From positions 3,136,001 to 3,200,000 of the forward strand of contig OZ219791.1 of NCBI GenBank assembly GCA_964291215.2: 64,000 nt of DNA, read 5' to 3'. Source of the DNA: Alphaproteobacteria bacterium. GTDB taxonomy: Bacteria > Pseudomonadota > Alphaproteobacteria > MPNO01 > UBA830. Below the pieces are notes generated by a model. It had not been told where the DNA came from, did not search any database, and saw only the letters and a program-made list of their open reading frames with translations. Shown here piece after piece: positions 10,684-20,969 of the stretch. Position 1 is the first letter of the stretch. Every line of letters starts with the position of its first letter. Made by a program: the position numbers and the translations under genes.

Positions 10684-11556
10684 CTAGTTCTCGCGGAAGA
10701 CATAGCGCGTGTAGAAAAACGTGAGGACGATCATCGGGATGACGAGCACCCACGCGACCGATGCCGCAAAGCCCATGTCGTAATACTTGAAACCGCTGAA
10801 ATAGGCGTAATGCGCCAGCGTCTGGGTCGCTGTGCCGGGGCCGCCGTTGGTCAGCATGTAGATTTGGTCGAACGTCTTGATCGAGAAGATCGATTTCAGG
10901 ATCACGACGATCGCCAGTACCGGCGTGAGCTGGGGCAGGGTGATGTCCCGGAACGCCTGCCAGGCCGAGGCGCCGTCGACGTGTGCGGCCTCTATGGTTT
11001 CCCTGGGCAGCGCCGCGATGCCGCCGATCAGGACAAGCGTGATGAACGGGATCCAGCCCCAGATGTCGGCCATGACCGCGACCGAGAAGGCGAGGGTCGG
11101 ATCCGACAGCCAGGAAACACCCGCAAGTGGCGGGATCAGGAGGCCGAAGAAAGCGTCGAACAGGCCGAATTCGGGGTTGAACATGAACCGGAACGAGACC
11201 CCGACCAGTGCCGGGCTCATCGCGAAGGGCAGGATCAGGAGCGTGCGCACGGTCAGCCGCAGCCGTCCGCCGGGAGCGAGCAGGAGCGCGATGCCGAGCG
11301 CCAGCAGCGTGGTCAGGGCGACGGTCAGCACCGTGTAGACGGAGGTAACCACCGTCGCATTCCAGAAGTCCGGATCCTCGAACAGCGCCCAGCTGTAGTT
11401 CTCGAAACCGACAAACGGGCCGGGCACGGTAGATTTCGAGAGTTTCCAAGTGCGGAAGCTGAGGATAAGCGATTGCAGGAGCGGCCAGATCGCGGTCGCG
11501 AACACCACCACCACTGCGGGCAGCACCATCAGGTACTTCAGATGACGGTCGCGCAT
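10684..11556 (-). CDS. Carbohydrate ABC transporter permease
   Basis: EAAHVDGAS..FRDITLP, TNGGPG. Confidence 0.93.
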   Translation of the reverse strand: MRDRHLKYLMVLPAVVVVFATAIWPLLQSLILSFRTWKLSKSTVPGPFVGFENYSWALFEDPDFWNATVVTSVYTVLTVALTTLLALGIALLLAPGGRLRLTVRTLLILPFAMSPALVGVSFRFMFNPEFGLFDAFFGLLIPPLAGVSWLSDPTLAFSVAVMADIWGWIPFITLVLIGGIAALPRETIEAAHVDGASAWQAFRDITLPQLTPVLAIVVILKSIFSIKTFDQIYMLTNGGPGTATQTLAHYAYFSGFKYYDMGFAASVAWVLVIPMIVLTFFYTRYVFREN

Positions 11557-11592
11557 CGGAGGGGGGCCTCCCGTCTGGGCAACCGACCGGAA

Positions 11593-11632
11593 TGCGGAGG
11601 TTCCGGCGCGCGGGGCCGCCGGAACCTCCGCA
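11593..11632 (-). terminator. Intercistronic 16-bp hairpin after the SBP gene (partial terminator or mRNA stabiliser)
   Basis: TGCGGAGGTTCCGGCG-N8-CGCCGGAACCTCCGCA perfect inverted repeat. Confidence 0.6.
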
Positions 11633-11643
11633 AACGCTCTGGA

Positions 11644-12984
11644 CTACTTGTAGTAACCTGCCCGCTTGAGAATCTTCTCGGTGCGTGCGGAGGCTTCCGT
11701 CATCAGCTTGCGGACATCGCCGCCGGCCGCCGCCTTGGCAATGGCGGCCGAGAGGATGTCGCCGACCTCGGTCCATTCGGGAATCTGCGGCATGATGTCC
11801 GAATTCTTCAACGAGTCCCAAGCCGCCATCTGGATGTTGGCGTTGGCCGCGTTGACCTCGGGATCCTGCAAATTGACCTTGTGGGTGACCACGTTGTTAA
11901 TGATGGTCTTGCCTGCGACCTTGCGTTCGGTCGCATTGGCCTTGTCCATCTTCGGGTTCGAAAGCCACTTCAGGAACTCCCAGGAAGCTTCCTGATTCTT
12001 GGAATGTTTAGAGATCGAGAACGGCATCGAGATCGCGTAGGTCACCGAGCGGCCCTGGTAGGTGGGCAGACCGGTGAACGCCACTTGGTCGGCCTTCAGC
12101 ACCGAGGACTTGGGATTGATCATCGACGAATAGGCCCACCACCAGACCGGGATCATCGCCGACTTGCCCTGCATGAAGGACTGCCTGGCATCCTGTTCCA
12201 CGAACGAGAGCGATGCCGGGTTGGTTGCCTTCAGCGAGGTGTGCAGCGCGATATAGTCCTCGGTCGCCTTGAGGCCGGCCTCCGTTGCCCAGGCCGGCTT
12301 GAATTGCTTGTCGAACACATCGGCGCCAGCGGACCAGAGATAGTTCAGCCAGATGAACAGGTTCTGCCGGTTTCCGTCATTGTGGTAGTAAAGCGCCAGC
12401 GGCTCGATCTTCTCGCCCGAAGCGCGGATCTTCCTGCTCGCGGCGATGACGTCGTTCCAGCTCTTCGGTGCCGCGAGGCCGAGCTTGTCGAAGATGTCCT
12501 TGCGATAGAACATCAGCATCGCGTGCGCGCGCAGCGGGAAGCCGAGCACCTTGCCCTGGAAGCTGGCAGACTTCGCGAACGCCGCGGGATAACGATTCAT
12601 CGAGATTCCGTCCCGCGCCAGCTTGTCGTTGAGCGGCACCAGCCAGTGCGAATTGGGTGGCCCCCAGCTGTCGAGATAGTTCACGACATCGAAGCTGCCG
12701 TCGGCGGCAACGCCGACCGCGGACACCTTCTCCTGAAGGGCGGTGAAAGGAATGAATGTCCATTTGGTCTTGATGCCCGTGAGGTCGGTGAACTCCTTGT
12801 CGCGCAGCATCAGGCCGTCGAACTGCGGCGTGACGACCGAGAGAATGTTGATCTGCGTCCCGGCGTAAGGCTTGCCGGGTTTGAGGTTGTAGGACATGTC
12901 CTTGGCGACGGCGGCACCCGCGACACCGGCCGCTAGCGCGGCGCCCGTCATCGTCGCCACGAGGCGACGTCTGGTTAGCTGCAT
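11644..12984 (-). CDS. Sugar-type ABC transporter substrate-binding protein, Tat signal
   Basis: MQLTRRRLVA twin-arginine leader after GGGAGG RBS; MLMFYRKDIF, PKSWND. Confidence 0.92.
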   Translation of the reverse strand: MQLTRRRLVATMTGAALAAGVAGAAVAKDMSYNLKPGKPYAGTQINILSVVTPQFDGLMLRDKEFTDLTGIKTKWTFIPFTALQEKVSAVGVAADGSFDVVNYLDSWGPPNSHWLVPLNDKLARDGISMNRYPAAFAKSASFQGKVLGFPLRAHAMLMFYRKDIFDKLGLAAPKSWNDVIAASRKIRASGEKIEPLALYYHNDGNRQNLFIWLNYLWSAGADVFDKQFKPAWATEAGLKATEDYIALHTSLKATNPASLSFVEQDARQSFMQGKSAMIPVWWWAYSSMINPKSSVLKADQVAFTGLPTYQGRSVTYAISMPFSISKHSKNQEASWEFLKWLSNPKMDKANATERKVAGKTIINNVVTHKVNLQDPEVNAANANIQMAAWDSLKNSDIMPQIPEWTEVGDILSAAIAKAAAGGDVRKLMTEASARTEKILKRAGYYK

Positions 12985-13022
12985 CGTATCCTCCCTGATT
13001 GGGGTCTGTTCCCGCGTTGGTT

Positions 13023-13038
13023 TTGCATACGCATGCAA
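13023..13038. promoter_or_regulatory. Putative LacI-family operator 1
   Basis: TTGCATACGCATGCAA, near-palindrome with central CG, upstream of the SBP gene. Confidence 0.6.
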
Positions 13039-13089
13039 CATTCCATAGCACGGCCGGTATTCCTGTGCAACGCTGCTGCTACGCCGCCG

Positions 13090-13276
13090 CAGGACTTTCC
13101 CACGCTGCATTCGATCTTGCCGACTGCTGATGGAGGGAGGTTGCACAGCCTGCCGGGTTTTCTGGCCACGGGGCCGTCCACGGGTCGCCGCAGCTGGAAA
13201 ACCTGGCAAGAATGCGGAAATTTGTGCCCTGTTCAGCGGTCATTCAAAACACCAACCACAGCGTGGGAAAATCCTG
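13090..13276. mobile_element. 187-bp MITE sharing ends with ISAs1-family remnants
   Basis: 18-bp TIR CAGGA(C/T)TTTCCCACGCTG; 10-bp TSD TACGCCGCCG/TACGCCTCCG; homologous to 57212-57373 and the start of 39312. Confidence 0.85.
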
Positions 13277-13343
13277 TACGCCTCCGTCGCGCCAATCTGG
13301 TCCAAGCTTGGCTACATCTGGCCCGGGCTGCGGCCGTGCGGAT

Positions 13344-13359
13344 TTGCATTCGCATTCAA
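13344..13359. promoter_or_regulatory. Putative LacI-family operator 2
   Basis: TTGCATTCGCATTCAA, 14/16 identical to operator 1, upstream of the LacI gene. Confidence 0.55.
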
Positions 13360-13408
13360 CGGAACTTATCCTGTCGGCAGGGAAGGCAGTGTCGGCGGAC
13401 AGTGGCAG

Positions 13409-14521
13409 ATGTTGAAAGACGCGACACCGGGCCGGGCCGCCGGTGATCTCGGAACCCGCTCCGGAAGCAGGGAAAGAGGCGCGCGCAAGGTGACATCCTA
13501 CGATGTCGCCGACCGCGCCGGCGTGTCCCAGTCCGGCGTGTCCCGGGTCTTCAAACCCGGTGCGAGCGCGTCGGCGGCGATGCGCGCCAGGGTGCTTGCG
13601 GCCGCGGACGAGCTCGGTTACCGGCCGAACGCCATAGCCCGCAGCCTGACCACCGGCCGTTCCAACATGGTCGGAGTCATCATTTCCGACCTGACCAATC
13701 TCTACTATCCGGAGGTGCTGTCGGAGCTTTCCGCCCGCTTCTCCGGGTACGGCAGGCGGGTGCTGCTGTTCACCCTCGCGCGCGAAGCCGGCGTCGACAG
13801 CATCCTCGGGGATGTCGTCGGCTACCAGCTCGACGGGATCGTGTCGGCGGCGCGGCTGTCGGCCGGCCAGGTCTCGGATTTCCTCGATCGCGGATGTCCG
13901 GTCGTGCTCTACAACCGGTCGTTCGACGATGTTCCCGCGAGTTCCATCTGCTGCAATCACGTCCATGGCGCGCGCCTGCTGGCGACCAGGATGGCGGAAT
14001 CTGGACATCGCCGCTTCGGGTTTGTCTCAGGCCCCACGGATTCCTTCGTCAGCCAGGAGCGGACCCGCGGCTTCCTCGGCCGGCTCGCCGAGGTGGGTGT
14101 CGCTGAGCCCGCAGTCGTCGCCGGCGACTACGGTTATGCGAGCGGCCATGCCGCCGCGCGGGAGCTTGCGCGTGAGGCAGGCCCGGCACTCGACGCGATC
14201 GTGTGCGCCAACGACATGATGGCCCTTGGCGCCATCGATGCGGTTCGCGGCTCGCTGGGCCGGCGGGTGCCTCGTGACATCTCCATTGCCGGCTTTGACG
14301 GCATTGACCCGGCGCGATGGGACAGCTACCGACTGACCACCGTGCGTCAGCCGGTGCGGCGGATGACGCAGGCCGCGGTCGAGATGCTGCTCGATCACAT
14401 GACAGACCCGTCACGCGCCCCGGAAAGGCGCGTGATACCGGGAGAACTTGTCGTTCGCGCCACCGTGCGCGGTCTCGACGGCCGCCCGGTGGCGGAACTC
14501 GGGGCGGCTGATGCCGCATGA
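13409..14521 (+). CDS. LacI-family transcriptional regulator
   Basis: VTSYDVADRAGVSQSGVSRV, LGYRPNAIARSL, ANDMMALG, LTTVRQP; start uncertain. Confidence 0.93.
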   Translation: MLKDATPGRAAGDLGTRSGSRERGARKVTSYDVADRAGVSQSGVSRVFKPGASASAAMRARVLAAADELGYRPNAIARSLTTGRSNMVGVIISDLTNLYYPEVLSELSARFSGYGRRVLLFTLAREAGVDSILGDVVGYQLDGIVSAARLSAGQVSDFLDRGCPVVLYNRSFDDVPASSICCNHVHGARLLATRMAESGHRRFGFVSGPTDSFVSQERTRGFLGRLAEVGVAEPAVVAGDYGYASGHAAARELAREAGPALDAIVCANDMMALGAIDAVRGSLGRRVPRDISIAGFDGIDPARWDSYRLTTVRQPVRRMTQAAVEMLLDHMTDPSRAPERRVIPGELVVRATVRGLDGRPVAELGAADAA

Positions 14522-15603
14522 CGGGCGCAAAGCAACGGGCCGTCGTGCACGGTCGGTGGGAACGCACGATGGATGATCACGCTCCGGCGCTGATCGACGA
14601 GGCCGAAATGGCGCGGAGATGTGTCCGATACGAAGATCTGGTTCCCTGCACCGAGGCTTTCATCGACCGGCGCACACCGGGCTGCGAGGGCAACGAGAAC
14701 TTCGCCGTGGTCGGGCCGGGGGTCGCCGAAGCCGTCGGCCAGTTCGTGCATGTCGGGATTCCGCACGGCTTCAATGTCGGCGGGGCGCGTCAGATGCCGG
14801 AAACCTTCAACTCCCAGCACAGCCACGAACGCGAGGAGATATTCGTCGTTCATTCCGGCGTCTTCCGGTTTCACTTCGGCCCCGACCGGCAGGACGGATC
14901 GATCGTGCTGGGCGAGGGAGATACGGTTTCCGTGCCGGTTCGGATCTTCCGGGGTTTCGAGAACATCGGCCCCGGCTCGGGCTATCTGATGGCCGTGCTT
15001 GCCGGCGACGATCCCGGACCGGTGACCTGGGCGCCCTACGTGTTCGAGGCGGCGCGGGGCACCGGCCTGGTGCTGCTCGAGGATGGCCGCCTCATTGATA
15101 CCGCCGCCGGGGATCGGCTGCCGCCCGGAAGCGCCGTCATGCAGGCGGTGACGGAGGAGGAGATGCGGCGTTTCCGGCGCATCCATGCCGATGACCTCGG
15201 GCGCTGCATCGCGCGAAACAATGACCTGAAGGCCGACCCCGACTCGCCGCTTGCCGGTCCCGGCGTCGGTGAATGTCCGATCATTGGCGAAGCGAGCCCG
15301 GCCGAGGGGCTCGCGGCGGCTCCGATCGCCGAGCGGATCGGCCTTCAGATGCGGCGGGTCCGGCTGACCGCCGGCGCCGGGATTGCGCCGCACGCCCGCA
15401 TGGAGGAGGAGGTCCTGTTCGTCCATCGCGGCGGCGTCGACATCGTCTGGGATCGGGGGACGCTTTCGCTCGCCGAAGGCGACCATTTGACGGTGCCCAA
15501 GGGCCTCGTGCGGAGCTGGAGGAACGCCGGTCAGCGGGATGCTGACGTCGTCGTCGTGCGCGGCGGCGACCGGCCGGCCGGACCGGTCTGGGTGGCCGCG
15601 TGA
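14518..15603 (+). CDS. Double cupin-domain protein
   Basis: NSQHSHEREEIFVVHSG and PHARMEEEVLFVHRG cupin motifs; alternative start at 14569. Confidence 0.85.
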   Translation: MTGAKQRAVVHGRWERTMDDHAPALIDEAEMARRCVRYEDLVPCTEAFIDRRTPGCEGNENFAVVGPGVAEAVGQFVHVGIPHGFNVGGARQMPETFNSQHSHEREEIFVVHSGVFRFHFGPDRQDGSIVLGEGDTVSVPVRIFRGFENIGPGSGYLMAVLAGDDPGPVTWAPYVFEAARGTGLVLLEDGRLIDTAAGDRLPPGSAVMQAVTEEEMRRFRRIHADDLGRCIARNNDLKADPDSPLAGPGVGECPIIGEASPAEGLAAAPIAERIGLQMRRVRLTAGAGIAPHARMEEEVLFVHRGGVDIVWDRGTLSLAEGDHLTVPKGLVRSWRNAGQRDADVVVVRGGDRPAGPVWVAA

Positions 15604-15628
15604 CGGCCCACGCCGGGAGGCCGGGAAG

Positions 15629-16636
15629 GTGAACGCGGAGGCGCCGGCCGGCATGCGCGGGTTCGATCCCGAGTTCGCGGATCTGCCGGACTACATACTC
15701 AAGATCACCGAGCGCATCTGGGAAGGGCGGCGCCCCGACCTGATCCGCCGCTACTACACCGAACGTTGTGTCGTGCGCGGCCCCGATGCCGTCGTTGTCG
15801 GCGCTGACGGCGTCGTGAAGACCACCCTGGAAATGCTGCACGAGTTTCCTGACCGGCGCCTGCTCGGCGAGGACGTGATCTGGGCCGGGAACGACGATGA
15901 TGGCTACTTCTCCTCGCATCGCATTCTCTCGACCATGCATCATCTCGGCGACGGCGCCTTCGGGCCAGCCACCAACCGTCCCGTCCGCGTGCGGACGATC
16001 GCCGACTGCGCCGTGCGCGAGAACCGGATCCACGAGGAGTGGCTGGTCCGCGACCGGGGAGCGATCGCCCGCCAGATCGGCCTCGACGTCAGGACGTTTG
16101 CCGCGGGACTGCTGCCGCTCGGTGACGACGACCCGCCCGAAGAAATTCCGGTCGGCAGCCATGTGCCCATAATGGACGATGACGCCGAGGCGCGGGCCTA
16201 TGCCGACGGCTGGCGCAGCCTCTTGCAGGAACAGCGGCTCGCGACACTGAACGAGACCCGCCATCCCGCCGTGGCGCTCGAACTTCCCGGCGGCGAGACC
16301 GCGACCGGGATCGCGGCCATGGACCGTTTCCTGGTTGGCTATCTTGCGGCGTTCTCGGGAAGCTGCTTTCGGCCCGAGCATCTCGTCATTCGCCGCGACC
16401 CGGGCCTGCCGGCGCGTGTGGCCATGCGGTGGACCGCGGAGGGCACGCATGACGGCCGGGGCACCTTCGGGCCGCCCTCGGGCGCGCCCGTCAGGATCGC
16501 CGGCATCAATCATGCCCATATCACCGGCGGCCGGGTCATCGCAGAGTGGATCGTCGTCGACGAGGTCGCCGTCTGGAGCCAGATCCTGCGTGGCGGCAGC
16601 CCGGCGGACCGCCGGGGGAGCTCCGGCGCCACATGA
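15629..16636 (+). CDS. Tandem SnoaL/NTF2-like ester cyclase family protein
   Basis: GFDPEF.DLPDYILKITERIWE; two NTF2-like halves (HLGDG.FGPAT..EEWLVRD; THDG.G.FGPPSG..AEWIVVDE). Confidence 0.85.
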   Translation: MNAEAPAGMRGFDPEFADLPDYILKITERIWEGRRPDLIRRYYTERCVVRGPDAVVVGADGVVKTTLEMLHEFPDRRLLGEDVIWAGNDDDGYFSSHRILSTMHHLGDGAFGPATNRPVRVRTIADCAVRENRIHEEWLVRDRGAIARQIGLDVRTFAAGLLPLGDDDPPEEIPVGSHVPIMDDDAEARAYADGWRSLLQEQRLATLNETRHPAVALELPGGETATGIAAMDRFLVGYLAAFSGSCFRPEHLVIRRDPGLPARVAMRWTAEGTHDGRGTFGPPSGAPVRIAGINHAHITGGRVIAEWIVVDEVAVWSQILRGGSPADRRGSSGAT

Positions 16637-17328
16637 ACGACGCGCTCCTCCAGTTGTTGTGCGGCGTCGACACCCCGACCGTCTGCAATGCCGTAGAGGT
16701 CGCCCAGGGCCGGCGCGGCTTCGGTACCTTCACGCGCGGAACGATGATCAGCAGCGCGCCCGGGAAAAGCCGCATGGTCGGCTATGCGCGGACCGCCCGC
16801 ATCGCCGGAGCGGAGCCGCCGGCGGGTCCTCCCACGGTGGTACGGCAGCGACGGATAGACTATTACCGCTACATGGCCCAAGCGCCGTTGCCGGCGGTTG
16901 CGGTCATCGAGGATGTGGATTTTCCCGACTGCGTGGGCGCCTACTGGGGAGAAGTCAACGCGACCGTGCACAAGGGCCTCGGGCTGGCCGGCGCCGTCAC
17001 CAACGGGGTGATGCGCGACCTCGACGGCATGCCGCCGGGCTTCCCCGTGCTTGCAGGTTCCGTCGGACCCAGCCATGGCTTCGTGCATGTTCGCGACTTC
17101 GGCGAGCCGGTGACGATTCACGGCCTGACGGTGCACGAAGGCGACCTCGTCCATGCAGATCGTCACGGCGCGATCGTGGTACCGCCCGAAATCGTTGATG
17201 ACCTTGCGGCGGCGGTGGACAGGCTGCGTGCAAATGAAGCGCTGATCATCGGTCCGGCATGCGAGCCGGGATTTGACTTCGAGGCCCTGGAGCGCGCCTG
17301 GATCGAGTTCGAGAACGCGCGGACGTAG
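16633..17328 (+). CDS. RraA/HMG aldolase family protein
   Basis: DTPTVCNA, YWGEVNA, VTNGVMRD, GDLVHADRHG; ATGA coupling to the upstream gene. Confidence 0.9.
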   Translation: MNDALLQLLCGVDTPTVCNAVEVAQGRRGFGTFTRGTMISSAPGKSRMVGYARTARIAGAEPPAGPPTVVRQRRIDYYRYMAQAPLPAVAVIEDVDFPDCVGAYWGEVNATVHKGLGLAGAVTNGVMRDLDGMPPGFPVLAGSVGPSHGFVHVRDFGEPVTIHGLTVHEGDLVHADRHGAIVVPPEIVDDLAAAVDRLRANEALIIGPACEPGFDFEALERAWIEFENART

Positions 17329-17423
17329 CTCCGGGTGTCCGGGGGCGCTGTGGTGAGGGGTGGTTTTTCAGAGGTGCTCCGGGCCCATGCGTCACGGGTG
17401 AGACTCTCGTATGGCACGGTTGC

Positions 17424-17690
17424 AGGCTCAGTACCATTTGTTCATCTCATGCGGCCAGTGCCGGGGTGTGATTTGGGCTGATGTTGTCGTTAGCCGGTGC
17501 GTCGTCTGCACCGATCATGGCCGTCCACGCGCTCTCGAAGCGGCCGGTTTCGAGCAGGGCGCGGAAGGTGATTGTCCGCCGACGATGCGCCAGCGCATGC
17601 CGGAGCGTTTCATGCGCTGTGTGACGAGGGTCGCCGCCTCGACAATTCCCGAGCCGGTTGCTTCAGCGCGTGGTAGCGCATGCGGTGGCG
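17424..17690 (-). mobile_element. ISKra4/ISLre2-like transposase 3' remnant
   Basis: Minus strand gives GIVEAA..LVTQRMKRSGMRWRIVGGQ..FRALL. Confidence 0.6.
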
Positions 17691-17699
17691 ATGCTTGCG

Positions 17700-17966
17700 G
17701 AAGAAGGACAGTTCCCTGTCGATGTCGGCCTTGCCCGAGGTGCGTTCTGGCGCTCAGGGTCGTTCATGCCGAGGAGATACCGCCCGATCTTCTGGACGAG
17801 ATGACGGGCGGGCCGGTTGCGGGGAGCGCGTTCGAGCGTCATATTGTGCGCTACATTGCCGAGCGCATGAACCTGACGCCGCCTTTGCTGGAGGCGTCGC
17901 TGCGCCGGACGAAGCCGGACCGCTGGGAGGTGCTGATGGGAACGGTCGCGCAAGCCTGGATCGAAC
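17700..17966 (+). pseudogene. Rpn/YhgA-like recombination-promoting nuclease C-terminal fragment, cut by IS66
   Basis: IVRYIAE..LEASLRRTKPDRWEVLMGTVAQAWIER resembles the Rpn C-terminal segment. Confidence 0.45.
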
Positions 17967-18517
17967 GTAACTGCTCACCCCCTGGTTCCGGCTTGATGTC
18001 GGGGTAGAGCAACGAACGGGTTTTCGTGGAGATTTGACACTGCAGGCCGATTCGTTTAGTGGTGGTCATCGAGAACGACGGGGACCGCCAGTGGGCTACT
18101 TTGGATCGAAGGCGACGAGCGGGCTGTGCCAGCTGCTTCCGGGGCTCCGGCCCCCGCATGATCTGTATGTGGAAACGCATCTCGGAAGCGGCGCGCTGAT
18201 GAAGCGCAAGGCCGGGTGATGGCGACGGGCGGCGCGCGAGGAGTTCGAAGCGGCCAAGACCGCGGCGCTGCCGGCAAGGTGCCGAAAGAGGCCGTGATCC
18301 GCGTCTTCGTCATCCTGCTCGACATCCTCATCGTCGTCCTTCTGGAGAAGACCACGCACGAGCCGGAACTCCGGTCTGCCGCCGTCACAGACGGACAAGG
18401 ACGAGAGCGTGCCGGGAGCAACGGCAAGGGCCCGAAGCCGAACCAGCAGATGGGCGACAACCTGCGCAAGACCATCGTCGAGGAGACGGTCGCGGCCTGC
18501 GACGCCTGCGGCGCCGA
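17967..18517 (+). mobile_element. IS66-family MTase-type element, copy 1 (left part only; right part deleted)
   Basis: Starts GTAACTGCTCACCCCCTGG; near-identical to 26284, 60811 and the reverse complement of 59400; truncated MTase at 18091-18219. Confidence 0.9.
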
Positions 18518-19777
18518 TTGCGCCATGGTCTGCGCCCGCTTCAACCCTTCTTCCAGGCGTCTCGCCCGGTTCTCGAGCGAGCGGCGCATCGCGCAGGTGC
18601 TGGAGGCGAGGCGCCTCTGGTAGAGCGCCATCAGGAAGCCGACGGCACGGGCCCGCGGATCATCCCCCTGGTCCGCCGCCTTCCTGCTCTGCCGCTTCAC
18701 GAAGCGGGTGATCTCCTTGTACAATTCCAGTTCGGCATCGTCGATCGCGAACCCGACCGTGCGGGGAATGCGCCGGGTGAACACCGGGCGCGCCTGCCAT
18801 TCGCCGTTCGACTGGCGCTCCGGAAAATAGACCATCGCCTCCTTGGTGCGCCGCAGGTAGAAGGGCGCCCGGCGCTGGGCCATCGCCGCGCGAATGGACT
18901 TGACGTCAGCATAGGCGTCGCGGTCGAGAAGTTGCAGGAACCGGGTGAAGTTCTGCGGGTCGCCCTTGTGCGGCGTCGCGGTCAGCAGGAGGATGTGGTC
19001 GGCACGGTCGCGGAGCAGTTCGCCGAGGGCGTAGCGTGCGGTCTTCCCGGCCGGCGGCGACCAGGACATGCGGTGCGCCTCGTCGACGATCACCAGATCC
19101 CAATGCACCTGGCGCAAACCGGGCAGGATGTCGTTCCGTTTCGCAAGGTCGAGGGAGGTGAGAACCTGTGGCTGCTCCAGCCACTGGTTGACGCCGAACT
19201 GGTCGCGGATATCGCCGCCCTTGAGCACCAGGAACTTCTCGTCGAACTTCTCCCGCAACTCCCGCTGCCACTGGAAGGTCAAGTTTGCCGGGCAGACGAC
19301 GAGAATGCGCTCCGCCAGACCGCGCAGCTTGAGCTCGCGCACCAGCAGGCCGGCCATGATCGTCTTGCCTGCGCCGGCGTCGTCGGCGAGCAGGAACCGG
19401 ACGGTCGACAGCTTGAGCAGGTGCTCATAGACGGCTTCGAGCTGGTGCGGCAGCGGGTCCACGCGAGAGATCGAAAGGCCGAAATACGGATCGAACTCGT
19501 GGGCAATGCCGAGCGCGTGGGCCTTCAGACCGAGCCGGAGCAGGCGGCCGTCGCCATCGTAGAACATCGCAGAGCCCGAAATTGTGAGGCTGGCGATATC
19601 GTCGGTGGTGAGAGCGACACTGCGGAAGCGCTCCGTCCGCGTTCCGACCAGGCCCGCAACCCAGGAACCGGCGCCGTTCGCGCGCACGGTCTCGACCCGC
19701 ATCGGTTCGCTGAACAGCGCGCCGGTCAGTATCTGTCCGTCGCGAATGGGGGGCGGGTCGCTCATCGAGACTGTCAA
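18518..19777 (-). pseudogene. SNF2-family helicase (defence-island type), C-terminus lost by fusion to IS66 copy 1
   Basis: DPLPHQLEAV, LLADDAGAGKT, VDEAH, LLLTATPHKG; reading frame runs into IS sequence at about 18517. Confidence 0.88.
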
Positions 19778-20223
19778 TCGCCATGACCCGGAGGGTGGAT
19801 TGCGGCGCTCGTCGGCAGACCCAGCGCCTTCCCCGCCGCGACCATGCGCTTGTCCAGGCTGTGGATTGCTGCCGCCCCGCGGTTGCCCGCAACGGCAAGG
19901 TGCAGTGCATCTCCGGCCCTCAGCCCGGTCTCGAAACGGCCGAGCCAGTCCCTGGCCCGATCGAAGTCGTCACGGTTCGGCAGCACGACGATAAAGGACT
20001 CTTCGACCAACGCCTCGAATCGCGTCCCCGCCTTCCGTACGCTCGCGGCGTTCAGATGGCCCATGCGCGCCTCACGGGCAAGCAGCGAGGCGAACTCGAC
20101 CCGCGTCCAATGGCTGACCGCCAGATCGTCCTGCGGCAAAACCGCGAAAAACGCCGCGACCGATTCGCTGGTGGCCTCGGGGAGGATGAGGGGAACGAGG
20201 AAACTGGTGTCGAAATAGCGCAT
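19774..20223 (-). CDS. vapC: VapC PIN-domain toxin
   Basis: YFDTSFLV, EFASLL, LRAGDALHLA, SLDKRM. Confidence 0.92.
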   Translation of the reverse strand: MRYFDTSFLVPLILPEATSESVAAFFAVLPQDDLAVSHWTRVEFASLLAREARMGHLNAASVRKAGTRFEALVEESFIVVLPNRDDFDRARDWLGRFETGLRAGDALHLAVAGNRGAAAIHSLDKRMVAAGKALGLPTSAAIHPPGHGD

Positions 20224-20241
20224 TGGAGCCGACCGCCGATC

Positions 20242-20547
<306 letters not shown>

Positions 20548-20579
20548 TTAACCCGCGAAAGCATCGGCGGCGCGCCATA

Positions 20580-20969
20580 TCATGCAAGGCTCTGCACGAA
20601 GCCAGGCTGTCGAAGGGAATTTTCTCTGCCCGGCGACGGCAAAGAAGCAAACCGGGTACGCCGGTCCTGTTCACCGATATGCTTGGTGGCCTCGGACACC
20701 AGCGCCGAGGCGAACTGTAGAATCTCCTCGATTTCATTCTCTCGTCCGTCGGCAATGAGGTCCCGGGCAATGGCCTGGGCGGCGAACAGCGAAACCCGGG
20801 CCACCTTGATTTCGGCCCCTGTGCCGGGCCATTCGCGCCGGTCGAGGGCCTGGATGGCGAGCTCGACGACGAGCCGATTGGGCGAAACCTGCCGCTCCCT
20901 GGCCGCCGTTTCGATACGCTTCCACTGGTCTGCGGTGATCCGGATGTTCTTCTGGAGTGACGATGTCAT
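20580..20969 (-). CDS. Hypothetical protein with N-terminal ribbon-helix-helix-like region
   Basis: QKNIRITADQWKRIETAARERQVSPNRLVVELAIQAL beta-alpha-alpha pattern. Confidence 0.6.
   Translation of the reverse strand: MTSSLQKNIRITADQWKRIETAARERQVSPNRLVVELAIQALDRREWPGTGAEIKVARVSLFAAQAIARDLIADGRENEIEEILQFASALVSEATKHIGEQDRRTRFASLPSPGRENSLRQPGFVQSLA

Noticed and set aside
9848-11821. Apparent 657-aa permease fusion
   Set aside because: The upstream part is an off-frame reading of the neighbouring permease; the true start is 10675.
10810-12936. 708-aa plus-strand ORF and similar long ORFs (8832-10397, 18518-19786, 49499-50884, 53858-55231)
   Set aside because: Antisense shadows of clear genes in high-GC DNA; no recognisable motifs.
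18056-18517. Novel C-terminal domain on the SNF2 helicase
   Set aside because: It is antisense IS66 sequence joined by deletion.
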